Shown here: positions 30,439 to 40,355 of the stretch, piece by piece | Layout of the letters: each line of letters starts with the position of its first letter | How positions within the stretch are numbered: position 1 is the first letter of the stretch | Assembly: GCA_965221165.1 (NCBI GenBank) | Contig: CBDCRP010000003.1 | Coordinates: 1,984,001 to 2,048,000, forward strand | Direction: 5' to 3' | DNA length: 64,000 nt | Source of the DNA: a bacterium | Lineage (GTDB): Bacteria > UBA8248 | Notes under the pieces: model-generated | Databases searched by the model: none | The model's input: only the letters and a program-made list of their open reading frames with translations | What the model was told of the DNA's origin: nothing | Made by a program: the position numbers and the translations under genes

Positions 30439-30607
30439 TCACAAACGAGCCATGCATAAACCTTATCCCAAGGAAAATAAAGCAGGTGTCTCGGCTTGTT
30501 GAGCGGGCAGGTTTTCTTGGAGGGCTGGAAAGTTTTCGCTCCACAAGATAGATTTGTTCCTAAACGATGGATATACCCTCAATACAATCGGAGTGTTCGG
30601 CGCATCT

Positions 30608-31387
30608 ATGCTCGAATTCATAGAAAAAACCCTGAAAGATGCGGGCAAGTTGGCTTTGTCATTCGCAAGCAATGCCAAAGGCGTCCAAAAACGAGACCGG
30701 AGTTTGGTGAGCGAAGCCGATTTTGAAGTAGAAAGATTCATCATTTCTCGTCTAAAAACATTTTTCCCGAACGACAATGTTATTGGAGAAGAACTCGGGG
30801 GCAAAGAGGCTCGATTTCAAAAGCGTTCGCGTCTTTGGGCGGTTGATCCCATTGATGGAACAAATCCTTTTCTTCATGGACTGCCCACCTGGGGCATATC
30901 CATTGGCATCATGGAAAATGGGAAACCCATTGCCGGAGGATTCTACATGCCCGTTGTACATGAGATGTTTCTTGCCCTCGAAGGAGGAGGCGCCACGAGA
31001 AACGGGAAAACGCTTCCACGCCTAGAAGGTATGGAAATTACGAATCAAACCGTGATGCTTGGCCCTTCATCTCGAAAACGTTTTTACAAAATGGATTATC
31101 CAGGAAAATCCGTCGCTTATGGAAGCGCCTCCGCACATGTGGCATATGCAGCAACCGGAGGCATCATCGTCGCCTTGGTCGATAGGCCTCAAATTTGGGA
31201 TATCTTAGGCCCTCTCGCCGTATTACAAGAAGTGGGAGGAGGCGCATATCATCCAGATGGCCACTCTCTTGATCTCCAAAAACTCGCGAATGGCGAAAAA
31301 GCTGAAGGACCCATCTTTTTTGGCCTAAAAGAAAATACGGAAAAAATATTTCCTCATATCGAAGTGTACCCTAGGCCCAAATCTTAA
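30608..31387 (+). CDS. Inositol monophosphatase family protein
   Basis: GEE, WAVDPIDGT, WD motif. Confidence 0.92.
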   Translation: MLEFIEKTLKDAGKLALSFASNAKGVQKRDRSLVSEADFEVERFIISRLKTFFPNDNVIGEELGGKEARFQKRSRLWAVDPIDGTNPFLHGLPTWGISIGIMENGKPIAGGFYMPVVHEMFLALEGGGATRNGKTLPRLEGMEITNQTVMLGPSSRKRFYKMDYPGKSVAYGSASAHVAYAATGGIIVALVDRPQIWDILGPLAVLQEVGGGAYHPDGHSLDLQKLANGEKAEGPIFFGLKENTEKIFPHIEVYPRPKS

Positions 31388-31389
31388 TT

Positions 31390-32575
31390 TTACCCCTGAA
31401 ACCCCGTTCCGAAAACACTTTTCATCAAGTTCCCTTCACCAAAGCGTGCAAGACGATAGTCCCTTGTGTCAGGCTCTTCGCAAATTCCCGTCATAATAAA
31501 CTCCGCCATCATCTCCCCCACGGGCGGGCGCCAATTTGAAACCATGGCCGCTCATCCCGGTGCAAATGTAGTACCCTGGCACTTCCGGGTGTCGATCCAG
31601 AATGGGCATCCAATCAGGCGTAATGCAGTATAAACAGCCCCAGCCTCGGAAGAGTTTCGCATTTTTAAAATCCGGCCAGCGTTTTTGCATTCTCTCTAGA
31701 ACATCAAGCACAAATTCCATATCTTCTTTTTTATTGAAATTGTCAGGATCCACATATTCAGGCTCTATATTGTCACGTCCGATGAGGAGCAAATTTCGCC
31801 CTTCCGGGCGGTAATATAAGCGTGTCGGGCCATCATAAACGACGATCTCAACCCTCTCTCCATTTTTACCCACAGCATCAAAGACCGTGTCTTGCTCTCT
31901 AATGGCCTCCGCTGGAAATCGGTACCCGCTCAGAGCGGCCACCTTGTTCACCCAAGCACCCGAAGCATTCACAACGACCGGGATCTCGATAACATCCCGA
32001 GCAGTCTCTACCCGGTTCAGTCCGCGGCTATCGATGTTCAGTCCAATTACGGGACAATTTTGTCGAATCCGCGCACCATATCTTTTAGCGCCTTCCGCAA
32101 ACCCAGATGTTACTCCATGTGGATCCGCATACCCACTCCTGGGTTCGTAGGCCCCACCGACAATATCATCCAACTTGGCCCATGGGGCGTAGCATCGAGA
32201 AATTTCTTCTTTTCCTATCCAGCGAGTCTCCACCCCGAGGGATTGCGCAAGTTCCACGTTCTTTCTCACACCATCACGAAGAGAAGCATCCGACAGCACC
32301 AAATATCCGGTTTGGATGAAACCTGCCTGCCCGCCCTCTGAATACTCCTCGAATTCCTCAAACGCCAATAGAGACCGCCAAGCCATCTGAATGGTGCTTT
32401 TATTAGAATAGTGCATTCGGATCAGGGCCGAAGATCCTCCGGTGGAACCAGACGCAATGCCATCACGCTCACATAGGATAACTTTTCAAAATCCTCGCTT
32501 CGCCAACTGATAGGCGATGGAGCATCCCATGACACCACCACCAATAACGACGGCATCAGCTGTTTCTTGTGTCAC
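31390..32575 (-). pseudogene. FAD-dependent (sarcosine oxidase/DAO-like) oxidoreductase, disrupted
   Basis: VIGGGVMG start, in-frame TGA at 32486-32488, and a +1 frameshift near 31522 after GHGFKLAPA. The restored frame continues VGEMMAEFI... to the stop at 31390. Confidence 0.85.
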
Positions 32576-32584
32576 AACCACTCC

Positions 32585-34450
32585 TTAGACATCCACCCAA
32601 ATAGGGCTCGACCAAGCAATTTCCCCATCATCCTGCATCAAGCGGAAATAATAATAATCCGACTCTCTCTCCATTCCATTCGAATCGACCCACTCAAAAT
32701 AAACCGACTCTCCCTTCGGCGTATCTACATGAATTTCTTTCGCATTTTTGACGATTACAACCTTATTAACCGGGGAGCAGGTTTCTGCTCGAATCTTGAG
32801 TTTTCTCTCTGCCGATACATCCAATTTCACCTCGGAGCCCATCGGCGCATCGTTCAAGAAAAATTCCAGTACAATTCGCGCTCCCGTCGTACCGTAGCAA
32901 CGACGTTCCCAAAGGGCCCTGAATATACCTTCTCGATCAAAGGTTTCTGCCCATACACAGGCTAGTCCTCCTTTCCAAGCATTTTTGAGCCGTAAGCGAT
33001 TCGAAAACCCAGGTTGAGATGTATGCGTATCCGAGCCGGCGATAATGCCCAAGCGGTATCCTTTCTCAAGCGCATCTTGCACACTTTGTTCTTCATAACG
33101 CGCCGGATTTACCAAAGGTCTCTCACAACCCCTAGCTTCGGAGTTCCCCCAACAGGAATATATTTCGACAAGGCGTTGAAATCTCGGATCGTGCCAGCGC
33201 CAGCGCGTGCCAATTACAGCGCTCACCGAATGATGGGGAACCGTCATCGCGCGACCTTCAAATCTCTCGAGTTGTTTCCAAAGTTTTTCCGGATGATTGG
33301 AGTCTGAGCTGCGAGAATCTAGTTTTGGGATATCTTGATCATCCAAGAAATAGACGTTTTTGTTCCCATCTTGCTCCAGCATGCCAAACCATTCATACGC
33401 GGGAAGGGCCACGTATCTCCCCTCCTCTGAAAAACGATTCGCCGCCTCAGTAACCTCTTTCCACTGCTCCTCATCCATTCGCATGGCCAAAGAGGTGCAG
33501 GCGGCAAAATCCACGCCGGCAGAATCTCGTGCATATGTGTGGACGTATTCCACAATTTCACGAGCCGTGGATGGCCTCGGATACTCCCCTACACACAACC
33601 CGCTCATACAATGCGGGTCTCCAAAAAGAAGAGTCCGGGTAGGAGGTTCATCTAAAACCTCTACCGGGGGCGTATAGGCCGTCGGCAAGCCATCCGCTAA
33701 AACTCTTAGCCGATGAACTCCCCGCTCTCTTAACACCACATTTTCGTAAATAAAAATTCCGGGAGACTCCTGACGAAAAGGGACATTACTCTCATCGGAT
33801 AACTGAAGTTTGGGAATCGACGATCCTCTCGTCGCTACATTATGAAAACAATCCCGCACCACTGCCCGTACGGAAAACGCCTGTCCCGCGACCACCTGAG
33901 CCGGTGACGTCACCGAAAGAAAGGATGGATCCTCGGGAAGCACGTCAAACCTCGGGGGAGCCAAAAGAAGCTCCCAATCACCTTTACCACCGGAATCTAC
34001 GGATAAAGTAAACTCTATGGGCATGGCCAAGGTTTGCGCTTGCACACCCGGGATGCCGGATGGCGTCCAACCGTAATCGATTTCAATGAAATCACCTTCC
34101 ACCAGAGAAGAACCCAGAACCTTCAAATCCAGGCTGGCTGGCAGGAAAGTATAGCCGAGCACGGGTTCTATCAATGAGGAAACTAAAAGAACATTCTCGT
34201 TCGAACATCGAAACTTACAATATCCGGGGGTCGTCATTTCCTTAAATTGGGGCTTGCTGAATCCATTTGGCGGCGTGAAGCGAAGGCCTCCGCTACAATT
34301 GACTCCGCGAGGGCCAACTTGGTAGATAATGCGCCAACTACCCATTTTGCCCGCTGCAATCGGGCCTTCAGGCTTTATCGTCGCTTGGCCAATATCCTCA
34401 CCATAAAAATACTCTCGCAGCGCACCAATCCCCTGTTGAGGGGCATTCAT
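32585..34450 (-). CDS. DUF3604/PHP-like metallohydrolase domain protein
   Basis: FGDPHCMS, YEW, VPHH, VEIYSCWG, GSDTH, YGTTG, AWSSPIW. Confidence 0.8.
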   Translation of the reverse strand: MNAPQQGIGALREYFYGEDIGQATIKPEGPIAAGKMGSWRIIYQVGPRGVNCSGGLRFTPPNGFSKPQFKEMTTPGYCKFRCSNENVLLVSSLIEPVLGYTFLPASLDLKVLGSSLVEGDFIEIDYGWTPSGIPGVQAQTLAMPIEFTLSVDSGGKGDWELLLAPPRFDVLPEDPSFLSVTSPAQVVAGQAFSVRAVVRDCFHNVATRGSSIPKLQLSDESNVPFRQESPGIFIYENVVLRERGVHRLRVLADGLPTAYTPPVEVLDEPPTRTLLFGDPHCMSGLCVGEYPRPSTAREIVEYVHTYARDSAGVDFAACTSLAMRMDEEQWKEVTEAANRFSEEGRYVALPAYEWFGMLEQDGNKNVYFLDDQDIPKLDSRSSDSNHPEKLWKQLERFEGRAMTVPHHSVSAVIGTRWRWHDPRFQRLVEIYSCWGNSEARGCERPLVNPARYEEQSVQDALEKGYRLGIIAGSDTHTSQPGFSNRLRLKNAWKGGLACVWAETFDREGIFRALWERRCYGTTGARIVLEFFLNDAPMGSEVKLDVSAERKLKIRAETCSPVNKVVIVKNAKEIHVDTPKGESVYFEWVDSNGMERESDYYYFRLMQDDGEIAWSSPIWVDV

Positions 34451-34532
34451 AGCAATCTCCTGCTTCAAGTCCAATTGCAATTTGAAAATTCAGGACCACG
34501 AAAGCGATAATACTCTAAAGGAATGAACGCAT

Positions 34533-35204
34533 TTATTCCCACCTGAGCATCGCGGCATACCCATCTCTCGGCACAGTCGAGCGAATAGACAAACCTTTGA
34601 TTCGCTTAAACTCTTGAACGGTGATCAAGTGCACATACGCCTCCCACAATATATGGCGAAACGTACATTCAAGCGTTTGGTAATACAGAAAAGGATCTTT
34701 TCCGTCTTTACGAAAACCCCTTTCATGTGCGGGGAGAACAAGGTTTTGAAGATAATCCATCACTCGTTCACCGTTTGACCACGTTTTGTCTGGAGAATAT
34801 TTCCTGGGCAACTCCTTTTTTCTTAACGTGGCGAGCGTTTCTTTTGATAAAACCTCTCGACACAAAGCGCACGCATCACCAAGTGCAGCCAGGACATCGG
34901 AATTTTCGGGAAACCGGACCGGATCCAACATTCTGTCCGCACCACCTGTATCCACCAGAGAGTTATCTCGCGGCAAAGAGTCCGGATACAGAACAGGCGG
35001 CCAGAATTCCAGGAAAAAAAGATAAGGTATCCAAGCTGTATGGCTGATTTGCTCTTTGATAGACCAAGCTCCCCAGCTCTTCTCGGGCAATCTCCATTCC
35101 CATAATTCCTGCGGAAGTCCGTGCGTTTCTTCTCGAAACAAATCCGCCAAATTTCTATATTCCGGAAAAACGTCCTGCCCCGGGGTAGATAAATTTTCTG
35201 GCAT
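34533..35204 (-). CDS. DinB-superfamily-like protein
   Basis: WSIKEQISH...RHILWEAYVH. Confidence 0.65.
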   Translation of the reverse strand: MPENLSTPGQDVFPEYRNLADLFREETHGLPQELWEWRLPEKSWGAWSIKEQISHTAWIPYLFFLEFWPPVLYPDSLPRDNSLVDTGGADRMLDPVRFPENSDVLAALGDACALCREVLSKETLATLRKKELPRKYSPDKTWSNGERVMDYLQNLVLPAHERGFRKDGKDPFLYYQTLECTFRHILWEAYVHLITVQEFKRIKGLSIRSTVPRDGYAAMLRWE

Positions 35205-35221
35205 GTAGTTTCCTCAAAGTA

Positions 35222-36121
35222 TCAAACATCGTCCACTTTCATCGGCAAGCGCTTCGCATACACCGCCGCCGCTTGTTTTGGTGACAAGTTCTTGTTCATG
35301 GTCTCTAAAGTTTGTTTCGCCAAAGGCGTCGTCGCGAGATGGGAATAGATGGCCGCTGCTCCTTGATGAAACTTCGGGGTGACACCGGCTGTCTCAAAGG
35401 TCTGCGTTATTTGTTTCATCTCATCGATATACCGCCATGCCACGACGGGAAGACGGGGAGCACTTGAGGTCATCTGTTCGTAAGAAGCCTCCTGGCTTGT
35501 TTGAAATTCATGACATACTTCCTCGGTGAGACCAAGTGCTTCGGCCAGAGTGATAACAGCAGTTTGAAGGGCATGGGTTCCCTTCGTGAGGGCCGCGTAA
35601 CACATTTTAATTCCAGACGCCCGGCCAATCTCTTCCCCAAGCAAACGAACCACGATCCCCTTTCCATCCAATTCCGATAGCAAAGCCGCCCGCTCTCCGC
35701 TGAAATAAAACCTGGTATTGCTCCGCACCCCACTCGGTGGAGGACCCAATATACCCCCATCGATGAAATCCGCCCCGGCATCTAAAATCCTTTCCGCGAT
35801 GGTTTTTGCCGTTTCCGGCGAGACGGCGTTGCAGTCTGCATATGGAGGACAAAAACCCGAGACTGACATGGATTCCGCCACTTTATGCGCCACCTGAGCG
35901 GCCAAACCCGGAGGCACGATGGATAAAACGAGATTCGCACGCTCTAACATTTCGGCCATTGTCGAGAAATCTCGAATGCCCCCTTCTGCGGCCAAACGCT
36001 TCGTCCGTTCACTTCTGTTCGAGAGACAAGAGATCACTTCAATTCCATGCGAACCCAGCATTCGACCCACCGCATGTCCCATATCTCCCGGACTGATAAT
36101 GGCAACGGTTTCAAGGGCCAT
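35222..36121 (-). CDS. NAD(P)-dependent oxidoreductase, 6-PGDH-like with DUF1932-type C-domain
   Basis: SPGDMG, DCNAVSP, KMCYAALTKG, WRYIDEM. Confidence 0.85.
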   Translation of the reverse strand: MALETVAIISPGDMGHAVGRMLGSHGIEVISCLSNRSERTKRLAAEGGIRDFSTMAEMLERANLVLSIVPPGLAAQVAHKVAESMSVSGFCPPYADCNAVSPETAKTIAERILDAGADFIDGGILGPPPSGVRSNTRFYFSGERAALLSELDGKGIVVRLLGEEIGRASGIKMCYAALTKGTHALQTAVITLAEALGLTEEVCHEFQTSQEASYEQMTSSAPRLPVVAWRYIDEMKQITQTFETAGVTPKFHQGAAAIYSHLATTPLAKQTLETMNKNLSPKQAAAVYAKRLPMKVDDV

Positions 36122-36253
36122 GTGAGCACCTCCTCTCGCTCGAAATTAGAAATAAACAATATGTATTCAGTCTAGCAGAAATGAAGCTCTTCAGAGAAAA
36201 GGAGTTGGCATTTGATGTATTTGGCTTCAGATATGACTAGCTTTCTGAAAAAA

Positions 36254-36760
36254 CTACTCTTTCCAAGTACATTTTTTAACTTTTGGAGAATACACCATCG
36301 CACCCACAGGCTCGCTGTTTGTTGAGTCTTTTGTCATGCGCAGTAGATTCACAAAGAGAATTACGTTCTTTGCTCCCGCACTCTCCAGCATCTCGCCCCC
36401 TAGACGACAAACTAACTCTCCTCTTTGTCTTCTTTTTTTTGCACTCACCTCCGCCCACGGCAACAGAATATCAATAGACAAATTGTCAGGAGTTGAGTCG
36501 GAAACACGAATGTCCGCACGACTGGTGTGCTTTGAGGCATCCAAATATTCCTTGAGAATACCACCTACGTTTTTTGTGATAACCCCTGGAGGTATTCCTC
36601 TCAATTTCTTTGCTTCTGCCATCAATGATACTTTTACGCCTGTTTTGTAAAGAAATAGTGGTTGAGAAAAGAACAAAAGAACGCCCGCCACGGATGCAAA
36701 TGAGATGAACGAAAACCAAAAAAGGAAATTCGCTCTAGATGGATTCGGGATTCTCATCAA
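36254..36760 (-). CDS. Hypothetical membrane-anchored protein
   Basis: N-terminal TM helix; overlaps the upstream stop. Confidence 0.6.
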   Translation of the reverse strand: MMRIPNPSRANFLFWFSFISFASVAGVLLFFSQPLFLYKTGVKVSLMAEAKKLRGIPPGVITKNVGGILKEYLDASKHTSRADIRVSDSTPDNLSIDILLPWAEVSAKKRRQRGELVCRLGGEMLESAGAKNVILFVNLLRMTKDSTNSEPVGAMVYSPKVKKCTWKE

Positions 36761-37440
36761 GAAACTGGATAAGCGGAGACATAACCGCCCACGGGGGCAT
36801 CGGGATAAACAGGCGACAAACCCAAGGCTTCACGGTGAAGCCTAATGGAGCGCAAGTGAATCAGATCATCCCAAAGCACATGCCGCAGAGTCGCCAAAGG
36901 CGTCATTCGAAAGCCATGTGCGTGTTCTGGATCCATCGCAAACCCATCTGGATGGCATTTCATACAACGATTCCACAAATCAACCGAACGCTCCTCGCTC
37001 ACGCCTACGACTGATGATTCCGCAAAAACAAACAAGAGTGAGTTCTCAGCCGAATCCTCTTCCTGCCGCTTTTCAATTTGGGTTGCCATTGCTTCACATG
37101 CCTCGAAAAAGCGTAAATACAGCCATTCCGGATCCCCATACCGATCCGAGGAAAAGCGACGGTCATCATCGCGCGTATTGATAAACGTACCGAACTGGCT
37201 CATGTCCACCGTCCGCCACGGCAAGCGCGTAGCGCCGTAGAGAACCATGAACCACCTCGTGGTGATGTAGGCCATGTGGCTAAGCTGCCTTCTTGGAGAC
37301 CAGCGCGCCCATACTTCCGCGCCTGTTCTATCCAATTGTGCCTCGGACAAATCGGCGAGTTCACCCTTGGTCCATATGGGTATTTGGCGATATACCTGGG
37401 CGATTTCGCTCGGCGTAACCGGATATAAAGATTCATTCAT
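36757..37440 (-). CDS. DinB-superfamily-like protein (paralog of 34533-35204)
   Basis: WSPRRQLSH...RHVLWDDLIH. Confidence 0.65.
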   Translation of the reverse strand: MNESLYPVTPSEIAQVYRQIPIWTKGELADLSEAQLDRTGAEVWARWSPRRQLSHMAYITTRWFMVLYGATRLPWRTVDMSQFGTFINTRDDDRRFSSDRYGDPEWLYLRFFEACEAMATQIEKRQEEDSAENSLLFVFAESSVVGVSEERSVDLWNRCMKCHPDGFAMDPEHAHGFRMTPLATLRHVLWDDLIHLRSIRLHREALGLSPVYPDAPVGGYVSAYPVS

Positions 37441-38207
37441 ACCCTAACGCCTGCATCCAAGATTTCACAAATCCTCTCCTTGTTCTCCAGGGTAGCGAAA
37501 AGAAAATCCGGAGAAGCGTTCGCTAACTCGTAAAGAGAATCACCGCCAGTAGCCACAGCCATCGTCTTCGCCCCACATGCGCGACCCGCCGATACATCGC
37601 GCCATGTATCGCCTATCACCCAACGAGCAATAGATTTACGTGGGAATTCCTTTTGAATGATTTTCTCACCTCGCTGAAATCCTGCTTCCAGCAACGCCGC
37701 CCTATCTCCGGAGTCGGACCCAAAACCGCCGAAAGAGAAAAATTGGTTCAGCCCACCACGCGAGAGTTTGATTCGCGCGCCTTTCTCGATATTTCCCGTC
37801 CCTAACCCCATGAATACATCTTTTCGATTCTCCAGATACGAAAGCAAATCGGGGATTCCCGGCATAAGATGAAAGTTTTTAGAATCCATAACAGTCACAG
37901 GCAGAATTTCCACATATTTCCTCAAAAGAATCTTTACCTCAGACTCTCTCCCGCAACGTCCAAGATGAGAATGAAACATCTCCTGTACGATGAGCTCATC
38001 CGTCTTTCCGTGCGGCTGAACATGGCGCATCGCGTTCGGTACTCCATGTATGCGCTCAAAAGCGACATTCAACGCTCTTGCCCCTGCTCCTCCGCTTAAA
38101 AGTAGCGTTCCATCGACATCGAAGAGGATCAAATGAATAGAATTCAATCGCTTTTTTCCCAATGCACATTCGTGAACATATTCAGAACGCGAGACGCTTT
38201 CCTCCAT
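37437..38207 (-). CDS. HAD family hydrolase
   Basis: LFDVDGTL, GKTD, TGN, GGFGSD, IGDTWRD; start uncertain. Confidence 0.9.
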   Translation of the reverse strand: MEESVSRSEYVHECALGKKRLNSIHLILFDVDGTLLLSGGAGARALNVAFERIHGVPNAMRHVQPHGKTDELIVQEMFHSHLGRCGRESEVKILLRKYVEILPVTVMDSKNFHLMPGIPDLLSYLENRKDVFMGLGTGNIEKGARIKLSRGGLNQFFSFGGFGSDSGDRAALLEAGFQRGEKIIQKEFPRKSIARWVIGDTWRDVSAGRACGAKTMAVATGGDSLYELANASPDFLFATLENKERICEILDAGVRV

Positions 38208-38309
38208 GATATAACATGTGGATAAATTGATTCCATAATCATTTCCCGGGTGAATCACGTGAGATCGGGGAAAATTTTGCAGTGAACCATAAAACAAAGG
38301 AGATGAAAG

Positions 38310-39014
38310 GTGCTTGGTCAAAAAATTGCCGTTGTAACGGGCGGTAACAAAGGTATCGGTTTTGGAATTTGCCGAGCGCTTGCAAAACAGGGAGTCCAAA
38401 CCATCCTGACGGCGCGGGATATTTCCAGAGGTGAAATCGCTAAAGAGCAACTGCAAAAAGAGGCGCTGGAAATCATATCCCACCCCCTGGACGTTACCGA
38501 CCGACGCAGCATCGATTCTCTAGCCAGGTTTTTGACGAAAGAATTCGGCCAACTAGATATTTTAATCAACAACGCAGCCATCAGAAAAGACGCAGGAATG
38601 ATGGGGATGGACGTTCCCATCGAGATCGTCCGCGAAATGATGGAAACCAACCTCTACGGCCCCCTCATGATGTGCCAAGCCCTGGCTCCTCTTCTAAAGA
38701 AAAGTTCAGCCGGCAGAATCGTGAACGTCTCAAGTGGCATGGGCTCTCTCGCCAACATGGGAGGAGGCTCTCCCGCTTATCGAATCACCAAAACTGCGCT
38801 GAATGCGATGACGAAACTCCTCGCGAATGAATTCCGAGGAACCGGAGTGCTGGTGAATTGTTGCCATCCCGGATGGGTGAGAACCGACATGGGCGGCCGG
38901 GGTGCCTCAAAATCAATTGACGAAGGAGCAGACACGCCTGTATGGCTCGCTTTATTGCCGAAAGATGGGCCTACCGGAGGCTATTTCCAGGACAGAAAAC
39001 CCATGCCGTGGTAA
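38310..39014 (+). CDS. SDR family oxidoreductase (carbonyl reductase-like)
   Basis: TGGNKGIG, NNAA, YRITK, HPGWVRTDMGG. Confidence 0.92.
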   Translation: MLGQKIAVVTGGNKGIGFGICRALAKQGVQTILTARDISRGEIAKEQLQKEALEIISHPLDVTDRRSIDSLARFLTKEFGQLDILINNAAIRKDAGMMGMDVPIEIVREMMETNLYGPLMMCQALAPLLKKSSAGRIVNVSSGMGSLANMGGGSPAYRITKTALNAMTKLLANEFRGTGVLVNCCHPGWVRTDMGGRGASKSIDEGADTPVWLALLPKDGPTGGYFQDRKPMPW

Positions 39015-39154
39015 CCAACGTGCCCATTTTCATATGGATGTGGATGTTCTTGTGGAGGGGGTAGTGAACGAGTCTATCGACAAAAATGAGTGTGGCGACT
39101 GCTTCCGTATAAAATTACTGATGGTAGGGTATGCGCATCGCCTGTTTCTGTAAA

Positions 39155-39730
39155 CTAATCAGATATTTTCGCATAATCCCATCCTGTAGTAAACGATTTC
39201 ACCTCACCAGTTGATTCCTCATACTTAAAACGGGGTATCTTGGCGAGATTACCACCATATACATGGATACCCACCACGGGCTCGGACGAAGCGCAACTAA
39301 CGCGGTGCACGTCATTATCCTGCGTGCAGCAGACAAAGACATCACCGGGCCCGGCCAAGCGTTTCCCTTGGGGGGTGAGCTTTGCGCAGGCGCCACTCTC
39401 ACGAGGGCCTTCACGCAAAAAACTCTCTTCGTTCTCCATTCCGCGGTAAATGCCTATCACCCCCCAGGTACCGTGATCGTGAATCGGAGTGGTCTGGCCC
39501 ACATCCCATATACCGACGCCCATGGAAAAACTCTCGTCCGGTTCGATGTGAATCTGATTGAGCGTAAAGCCTTCTTTTTTCACCAACAGTTGCTCGGCGC
39601 TCAACAAGTTCGGATCATCCAAAATCGGTTCAAGGCTCACCGCCACCCGGGCGGTTATTTCCTCTTCGGTGCCACCTGTTTTTACAATTTCGCGCACACG
39701 ATCGATAAAATCATTCATCCGTTTTGACAT
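39155..39730 (-). CDS. Cysteine dioxygenase-like (thiol dioxygenase) cupin
   Basis: WDVGQTTPIHDHGTWG...VHRV...IHVYG. Confidence 0.82.
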   Translation of the reverse strand: MSKRMNDFIDRVREIVKTGGTEEEITARVAVSLEPILDDPNLLSAEQLLVKKEGFTLNQIHIEPDESFSMGVGIWDVGQTTPIHDHGTWGVIGIYRGMENEESFLREGPRESGACAKLTPQGKRLAGPGDVFVCCTQDNDVHRVSCASSEPVVGIHVYGGNLAKIPRFKYEESTGEVKSFTTGWDYAKISD

Positions 39731-39780
39731 TTTTTCCTCCCGCGCTATTCCTTAGACGACGCTAGACGCCATCACATCAC

Positions 39781-40332
39781 CTAATTTTTATGATTCATCT
39801 CATGGGCTAAGAGCGCCGCCTTCAGCGACACGCTGCTGGCGAATCCGCCGAGCTCGCCCGAGCCCGCGATGACCCGATGTCAGGGTATTACAAGAGGAAC
39901 GGGATTTCTATGCAGCGCCTGGCCGACGGCGCGTGAGGCTTTCGAGTTTCCGATCTGCCTCGCCACCCAGCCGTAGGAGCGCGTCTCCCCATAAGGAATT
40001 TTTTCCGTCTGCCTGAGCACCTTTTCCATAAAAGGCGTAAGAGAAGAAAGGTCCGTTTTCAGCCTAAAACTTTTTCGGGCACCTTCCAGATATTCTTTTA
40101 TCTCCTTTGAAGTTTGCAGACTCAACGGCGTTGATTGCTCACTCGCATGATCAGCCACGAGGGGTTTTTCCACGCCATTCAACATTCTTATTTCCGCAAT
40201 CCCCTTATCGGAAACAAAAACAGAGAATTCCGCACGCACTTTCTTCAGCCAATATGCAACATGGGTTTCTAGCGATTCCCCAGCTTCATGGAACAATTCG
40301 TCTTGCCGCCACTCATTCAGCCAGCGCTTCAT
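39781..40332 (-). CDS. ogt: Methylated-DNA--protein-cysteine methyltransferase, probable selenoprotein (UGA at the active site)
   Basis: IPYGETRSY, RAVGQA, NPVPLVIP-TGA(39880-39882)-HRVIAGSGELGGF...K..LL.HE* in frame; hairpin downstream of the TGA. Confidence 0.85.
39849..39866 (-). promoter_or_regulatory. Putative SECIS hairpin of ogt
   Basis: CGGGCUC-GGGC-GAGCUCG; 7-bp stem starting at +14 after the UGA, loop begins with G. Confidence 0.55.
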
Positions 40333-40355
40333 CTTGAACACCCCTTCTCATGACG

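Noticed and set aside
32486-32488. Third selenocysteine codon
   Set aside because: The position is not a conserved Cys and the same gene also has a frameshift.
38217-38225. Perfect DnaA box as oriC (also 53809-53817)
   Set aside because: Single isolated boxes with no cluster or unwinding element; at most promoter-level sites.
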